NCBI GenBank assembly: GCA_964016885.1
Contig: OZ024740.1
Span: forward strand, 82,460,001-82,524,000
Direction: 5' to 3'
Length of the DNA: 64,000 bases
From: Eledone cirrhosa
Taxonomy: Eukaryota
The translations under genes were made by a program, and so were the position numbers. Positions 57,079-64,000 of this stretch are shown here, piece by piece (the first letter of the stretch is position 1; each line of letters begins with the position of its first letter). Under the pieces are notes generated by a model. That model had not been told where the DNA came from. It was given only the letters and a program-made list of their open reading frames with translations, and did not search any database.

Positions 57079-59451
57079 TCACGTTGGTTTGAAATTTGTG
57101 AACTTGGTAGCCATTTTATGCTTATAGAAAATTGATCTTTCTATTTTGCTGTTAAGCACCATCGTACCTTAAAATATGAAATAGCCCCATATTACAAAGT
57201 CCGCAGTGGGATATCCCATTGTTGTAGGCCCTTGCTTCCGACAATTTTGACCAGCTAATCCTATATTCCCGGTTTGTGTTTTTAAGCTACCAGATTTTAT
57301 TGGCGAGCGTCGTAGAGATCTCCAGTCTACGGTTCTTCATGGAGTGTCTGTGGACGTACAACCCTTTTTTGAACTCCCAAGCCGTGGAACCTAAGTAGTG
57401 CCAAGTAGAGTTGCCTGAATTGACAGTACACAGGTACACCATACTCGAATCCAGGCATCTATTTTGCAGTGGGTACTTATCCGGTAGATGGGAGTTACAG
57501 TTGGAGGCTTTTCTGTGTGAAGGCTCTCCGTTAGGCTTTTTATTATGTTGTGGGTGGGTTGAGATTTAGGCCGATTAGTGGTTTGTTGTGATGCGCCCTG
57601 ATGTTTTTGTGGTTGCGAAGTGTTTGCGTTTTGTATTTTGTGCTATAGTGTATGTTGGTAGGTTATTTTCTTTAGAGATATTTTTGTGGCTGATTTTATG
57701 TATGTGTGATTCTATGTTGGCTGCAGTAGAGTAAGATAGTTTGGTAGTTCTTCTATTAAACATTTTATGGTATTTGTGTAGTTTAGGGAAGTGTTTGTCG
57801 ATTAGCTTAAGGAATGTTGAAGATAGTTTGGCTTTTATAGAAGAGTTGAATATTGGATTGAACCATAGGTATTTTCTATCTCTGCATCTTCTGTAGTTCT
57901 CAGGAGTCGTTATATTAGTGTTCGGTTCAGTTATCCTTGGTGCTCGGTGTCTAATTCTATGCTTAGTCGTATGTTTGTTATTTCTATAGGTGTGGGTAGT
58001 GTAGTTGTCGTTAGTTTTGTTGCTGCTGTCTATATCTGGTATGTATTCCAGCCCCTCTTTATGTCCTGCCTTATGTAAATCTATGTTATAATAGTTTGCG
58101 TGTTCGTTAAAAATCTCTAGGTTAGATGATAGGCGGGATATTCTGAGGGATATACTATGTGCTATGGAGTTAATTATGGATCGGGGGTGGTTTGAGTTGT
58201 AACTAATGTAGGGTAGATTCTCGTTATTTTTATGGAAGGGCTCTATTAATCCTGTGTTTAGGTGAGTGTTACATCTGAGAAGTTAGCTTTTTTAGAGTTA
58301 AGTTCGAAAGTGATACCTGGCCTAGTTTGTTGAAGAAGACTCTGATGTTTTTGTAATTTTTCCATGTTTTGATTATTTAAGTTTTTGGCTAAAAGATGTG
58401 TGTCGGCTCTATAAATTCCTCCCTGGAGGCTATTGAATTCCTTATCTAAGTTATGCGTTATATATATTCCCACCAAGACCGTTACCTGTGCTGAGTCGTT
58501 AGATCCCTTTGTGATATCGAATCTATTCTGTCTGTTCTTTCGTTCCCAGTAACTATTTTCGAATCTAATGATAGTTATCCAAGCAGCTAGTATTATTTTA
58601 ATTTCATCCGAGATAAGGTCAGACATTTTCTGGGCAAAGGTTAGCGCTTTATCTAGGGTGACTGGGGATATGGATGATAGTAGTCATTAACGTCGAACTG
58701 TACGAAGTTGGATGTTTCTCTACTGTCTATTTTTCTGAACCAGTCTATTGCTTCGTTAGTATTACCCCATAGGTTAATTACTAGTTTGTCCATGATATGT
58801 GCGATTGCTCTATCTAGTATATACTTGCTAATTCTACCTATATCCGACTTCGATGGGCATATTAATCTAATTACAGGGTCTATTTCGGAATTATTTTTGT
58901 CATCCTTTAGGTTAAATGTGGTGTTTTAAGGGGTTAGAGGCTCGGTTCTATCAGATATTTTCAGTTTTTTTACTATGCTAAGTCCTTCCTTATTAATGCT
59001 AGTGGGTACAGATTCTGTTGTTTCTTTGTATTTTTTGTGCAGTTCACGGCGTATAACATTATTGTATGTATTAAGGCTCATGGTGTATACGTTTGATGTT
59101 TTGTCCCCTTTTACTATAATACCGTTGGTGTTGCGTAGTTTATTTAGTAGTGCATTGATGTCGTTTTAAAATTTGTTGTGATGTGTCCGTTTTTTGAATT
59201 TGGTTCCACATGAGGTCGAGTTCGAAGGCATCGAGGTGGGGAATATTCGGTCGATTTTTGCAGGATTTGAATCCGTATCTTTCTCTCGTGAAATCCTCCG
59301 TGTTATTAGCGTGTCCTTTATCGTAATGATAGACCTTCCATTGGATTCGACGGATGAAGTCATTAGTACGCTGTATCATGCCGAGTGTATAGTCCTATTT
59401 TGTAGGTATAGGTATGTTTTTCAATGAGATACCTATGTGGTGCTTTTCCAT
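57079..59451 (-). pseudogene. PLE RT/GIY-YIG polyprotein, full length, heavily decayed
   Basis: ATG at 59451 (MEKHHIGISLKNIPIP), FIRRIQWKVY, YGFKS, FDITKGSNDSAQV, GGIYRAD, SNHP, WFNP, HYLGST, CGLCN. Confidence 0.9.
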
Positions 59452-60550
59452 GTTAGTGCCGTGCGTTAAGCCTGTTGCTCCACCTAGTGGGAGCTGGGTA
59501 TATGGCGTAAGAAGTTATCGTTATAGGTAATCCAGTTATAGGTTGTAAGTACTGTGCGTTGTTTAACTCAACTAGATATTTACTATAAATTCAGGCAACT
59601 CTACTTGGCACTACATAGTTTTCACGGCTGGGGAGTTTAAAAAAGTGTGGTTCGTCCACAGACTCTCCATGAAGAATCGTAGACTGGAGAGCTCTACGGC
59701 GCTCGCCATTAAAATCTGGCAGCTTAAAAACACAAACCAGGAATATAGGATTAGCTGGTCAAAATTGTCGGAAGCAAGGGCCTACAACAGTGGGATTTCA
59801 CACTGCGGACTTTGTAATATGGAGCTATTCCATATTTTAAGGTAAGATGGTGCTTAACAGCAAAATAGAAAGATCAATTTTCTATAAGCATAAAATGGCT
59901 ACCAAGTTCACAAATTTCAAACTCCCGTGATTCGAGCCAGCAATCCCAAAATTAGAACTGAACCACCTGGATTTTAACGTATGGAATACACACCATCACA
60001 GCGCTATTATCTCTCAAACGGCCAACTGGTCACTAGATCATAAATCTCTTAACATCTCTTTCACCCTCACTCCCTGAAACAGTATCAACCCCATTAAGAT
60101 AAGACAATCAGCAAAACATTTACCACACACATTTGTCAAACCTCTCTTCACCAACCACCCTTAGTAGTATCTTCCAATTTTCTCTAATTTATTGCTTTTT
60201 CTTCTATCTGTCACTACCTCAGACTTTCTACACGTATCTATGTATGTTTCGAATATGACTTTTCATGTTAGCACTAAACCCACCACAGAATTCTTATACT
60301 GACACTTACTCAGCACCACCACTATCATATTCTGTACTTATATGCTCTCACCTATCCTTATTTCTTTATGTTTGTATTATTTTCCCATTTTCTTAATTTT
60401 TTACTGTATCATTTTTGTTGTCTTTTACTTTTTACTTTTTACATCTGTAACTTCTCTACCTATTTATCATAAATATTTTATTATTGATGTTATTGTTTTG
60501 ATTATACGCTATTTCGCTATATACATCTTGCCTTGTGTGAAATAGTTTTG

Positions 60551-60659
60551 TATTCTGAAGAGTTGATCAGAGGTAAATAATGTAATGGAGATCGAGTGAC
60601 GTAACATCGAGCGATTAACGTCCCATTGACTAACCTGATCAATGAAACAATTGTCAATA
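60551..60659 (+). ncRNA. Type I hammerhead ribozyme with long stem II insertion
   Basis: tatt-CTGAAGA-gttgatcag...ctgatcaat-GAAA-caattg-TC-aata. Palindrome ACAATTGT; ~82-nt stem II region. Confidence 0.82.
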
Positions 60660-60726
60660 ACTGAAATACAGCCCCTTGTTATACAGCCAATCATGTTACT
60701 CTTCATTCTTTCACTATACATATGTA

Positions 60727-60772
<46 letters not shown>

Positions 60773-61853
60773 TACATATATATAGCACATATACGTACAT
60801 ATATATATATATATATATATATGTACGTATATGTGCTTATATATGGATATGTATGCGTGGGTAAATGTGTGTAGATATACATACCTACATGAGTGTGTGT
60901 ACGTGAGTGTGTATATGTATGTGTGTCTATGTGCGTATATGTATGTACGTATATATATGTGTGTGTCTATGTGCAGATATGTATGTAGTGATATATGTGC
61001 GTATGTATATATACTCAAATATATATATATATATATCACGATCAATTAACGGGGCCATAGACTCTCGCTATTCCATGTCAGTAATGTGCTCAGATGAGAA
61101 GGAATCCCGAGCTCTTTATAATACAATATGTAGAAAAGATAACACACTAGAGAGAGAGAGAAAAACCACCAGTGTATGGAATCTATAGCCCATGGAAGGC
61201 AGAGTAGACACACAATAATTAAATGTATAAATTAAAATATTAATGCATACCTCGATAATTATCTAACACACACGTACACATCCAAAAAGTTGTTTCGCCA
61301 AATAAGTTGTTGACAGAAATGATTAGCCCATTGTTCATCAGCGTGTGTAAGGCTATATATATAATTTTCGTATTTCTAAATAAATACGGTTTTCGGAAGC
61401 CGTAGCTATGCAAACACTATGTTAGCGCCCTCTGGTGTTGTCCAGCAGAAGCTAGGGGGACAACCGTCTATGCGCTGGCTATCGTCTCTTTTCAAGTCTA
61501 GCAGTCGCAAAGCGATGGGGGAGGGGATCGTCCCGAGGATGGCCAGTCAAACCTGAAATGTATAGACGGTTGTCAAAAAAATAATTCCAATTACGCTATT
61601 CATGACTGAGGTTTTTTTTTAGTGGAAGAATAATATATTCCTTTATATATATATTGTTGAAGGAGAAAACAGATGTACAACAAGTCTTATTAGTTACATG
61701 CTTTATATAGGAAAGAGGAAAGAAAGTTTGACGTGTCCGGGTTAAGCTTTTCTTCAATAGTACAAATAGAGACAGGAACACAATGGAAAAACGTCGAGTA
61801 AAGAAAGAAAAAATGAAAATGAATATATGAAAATATATATATATATATATATA

Positions 61854-61916
<63 letters not shown>

Positions 61917-62249
61917 CCTTCGTCTGGAACTTATGAATTTATTATTAATCGTTCACCAGAAAACCATCCTCGTAATTTTAAACCGTACTCTACCAGATTA
62001 GATATGTAATTTTGTAGTCCAGAGGATTTTAGTGTGCTAAACTAGGTGGATACTTGCTGTTTCTATTGTTGGATTTGCGATGATTTTAAAGTTCTTCCTC
62101 TGTTAATCCGGTCATACAATAATTACATTGTTTTCATAGCTTTAGGCCTTGGCTGGGATCATGTTTTACAATTACTCTTTTGCGTATGCTGCAGTTAATT
62201 TTGGTGAGAAAATTGTAAACAAAAAGATCGAAATCACTGGATATCGATC

Positions 62250-62304
<55 letters not shown>

Positions 62305-62314
<10 letters not shown>

Positions 62315-62874
62315 CGTAAGATAAGAAAATAATTTTTAAAACATTTTTAAAAAAATTCTTTACTTACTTACTTAAATTTTCACTCCAACTAATTAGTTTC
62401 TGCAATGGGATAAAGACAGTTACGTAATCCAACTGTCGAGAATTCATTGCGTCATCAGGGAGTCTATTCTCAGCTGAGTCTCCAGGCAATGCGCGGACAC
62501 TGGCGGCTCATATAAAAATAATAATAATTCGGTAGAAAGAACAGCTGGCGAGGACTGGATTCGATGTACTGAAATTCTCACTGCTTCTAGTCAAATGGCC
62601 GATTCTAAAGAATCAATCACGTGACACAGAGGCTAGTTAGAAGGAATGTGATGGTAAAATGACTGACGCCTACTAACACCCCCAAACAAATTTAGAAGTG
62701 GTTTTGGCAGGTTTGCTCGACAAATCAGTGATTTGGAGATAAATAGTTGGATTACGTAACTGTCTTTATCCCATTGCAGAAACTAATTAGTTGGAGTGAA
62801 AATTTAAGTAAGTAAGTAAATAATTTTTTTAAAAATTTTTTTTAAATTATTTTCTTATCTTACGTCTTTTATAT
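62305..62874. repeat. ~130-bp inverted repeats (62305-62434 and 62745-62874), non-coding PLE-like unit
   Basis: The arms are reverse complements and contain the 3' half of an HHR. Confidence 0.88.
62382..62463 (-). ncRNA. Type I hammerhead ribozyme with extended stem II
   Basis: Reverse complement reads actcc-CTGATGA-cgcaatg..gacagtt..aactgtc..cattgca-GAAA-ctaattag-TT-ggagt. Palindrome ACTAATTAGT. Confidence 0.82.
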
Positions 62875-62989
62875 TATTGTTCTGCACCCTCCTGCATTGA
62901 ACCACCTAGGTACTATGACATAACCTGTGTATTTGCTGGCATGGACGTGCATCTGTGCGCCTATGTTAGTTGATATATTAAATTATCTA

Positions 62990-63028
<39 letters not shown>

Positions 63029-64000
63029 CAAAGAGGGTGTGGTAAGATACCAGGTGGACCATAACGCACCAGAGTAATCAATACTTAGGGTAGTGGATTG
63101 GGAAATATGAAAAGAGTCAGAACGCCGACAGCTGAGCTCCGGCCCACTCGATATGTGAGATATTAAGAGTTTAAATGTACGGGCCTTATTCTTCAGTTTT
63201 GTGACCTCCATATATTTTGTTTGTGCATCATGTTAACAGGATTTTATGTTGTTGAGAAAAGCAACACATGGTATTCCTGATGTATGTTGAGCAATCTAAA
63301 ATGAAACAGAGAAAATGATTATAATATGGGTACACAATATATGAAAGACGTGAAGGTGAAATGACTTATATATGCATCTACATATGTAACAGCTTGAGAT
63401 TAGTGGTCTGTATCTGGATCCAATATTAATGAGTGTTTAATATTTCTATGATATAAACATTACAAGAAATCGTGTCATATATTTCAATAAACTAGAATTA
63501 ATTTGCTTATGTAGATCGTCTACATCAGGTTTGTGTCTTCCTTGCAATGAATCTCTAATCGATTGTCACCTTAGTTTAAACTAGTGGCGGTGGAGAAATT
63601 AATTTCTACACATCAGTCGTTTATCTTTTATTGAATTGTGTCCCTCCTGCTGAAATATAGTCCTTCTACTTTATGGAAACTGAATCCATATATTTTATAT
63701 TAGTAAGCAGGATATGTATTTGTGAGTCTCACTCATTTGATTACATAATTTGACTCATCTCTTTAAATAATTTTGCTCTCCTCCCAGTCACTCACAGCAG
63801 ATTGTTGTTGGCAACTAAATATCAATATTCTTCCAACTTACTTTTAAATACGAAACGCTTCTAGTAATATACATAGATTTATACCAAGCGAAAAGTAATC
63901 AATAATGTTTAGATTTATTTCATTTAGTTCAAATAGCCCTCAAATAGCATTTATTTTTCAGCGGGCATTAGTGACATTTCATGAAATCTTTAAAACACAG

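Larger units (their letters stand above)
56291..60718 (-). mobile_element. PLE with inverted pseudo-LTR (arms 56291-57422 and 59589-60718)
   Basis: The two ~1.13-kb arms are diverged reverse complements that bracket the ORF. Confidence 0.9.

Noticed and set aside
63125-63200. Minus-strand CTGAAGA...ggccc/gggcc...cagctgTC
   Set aside because: No GAAA and no stem I pairing. At best a decayed HHR.

Overview
AT-rich eukaryotic (animal) window made almost entirely of retroelements and microsatellites. The SINE family and repeat landscape resemble octopod cephalopods (inference). No host protein-coding gene could be supported. Contents: (i) at least five Penelope-like elements (PLEs; RT plus GIY-YIG), two with the partial-tandem or inverted pseudo-LTR architecture; (ii) a near-full-length decayed L1/Tx1-type LINE and a second fragmented copy, an RTE-type LINE and three R4/Dong-type fragments nested in (TTA)n tracts; (iii) a hAT transposase remnant, a possible Helitron 5' end and a mariner-type MITE; (iv) seven copies of a tRNA-derived SINE; (v) an ~8.2-kb higher-order (TA)n array. 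The most notable signal, read by eye, is a dense set of about 14 type-I hammerhead ribozyme (HHR) motifs from about 10 distinct sequence families. Most have a family-specific palindromic stem III and several have unusually long stem II insertions. One family sits in the loop of a ~100-bp foldback element embedded in (TA)n. All structure calls are manual base-pairing, not computed folds.
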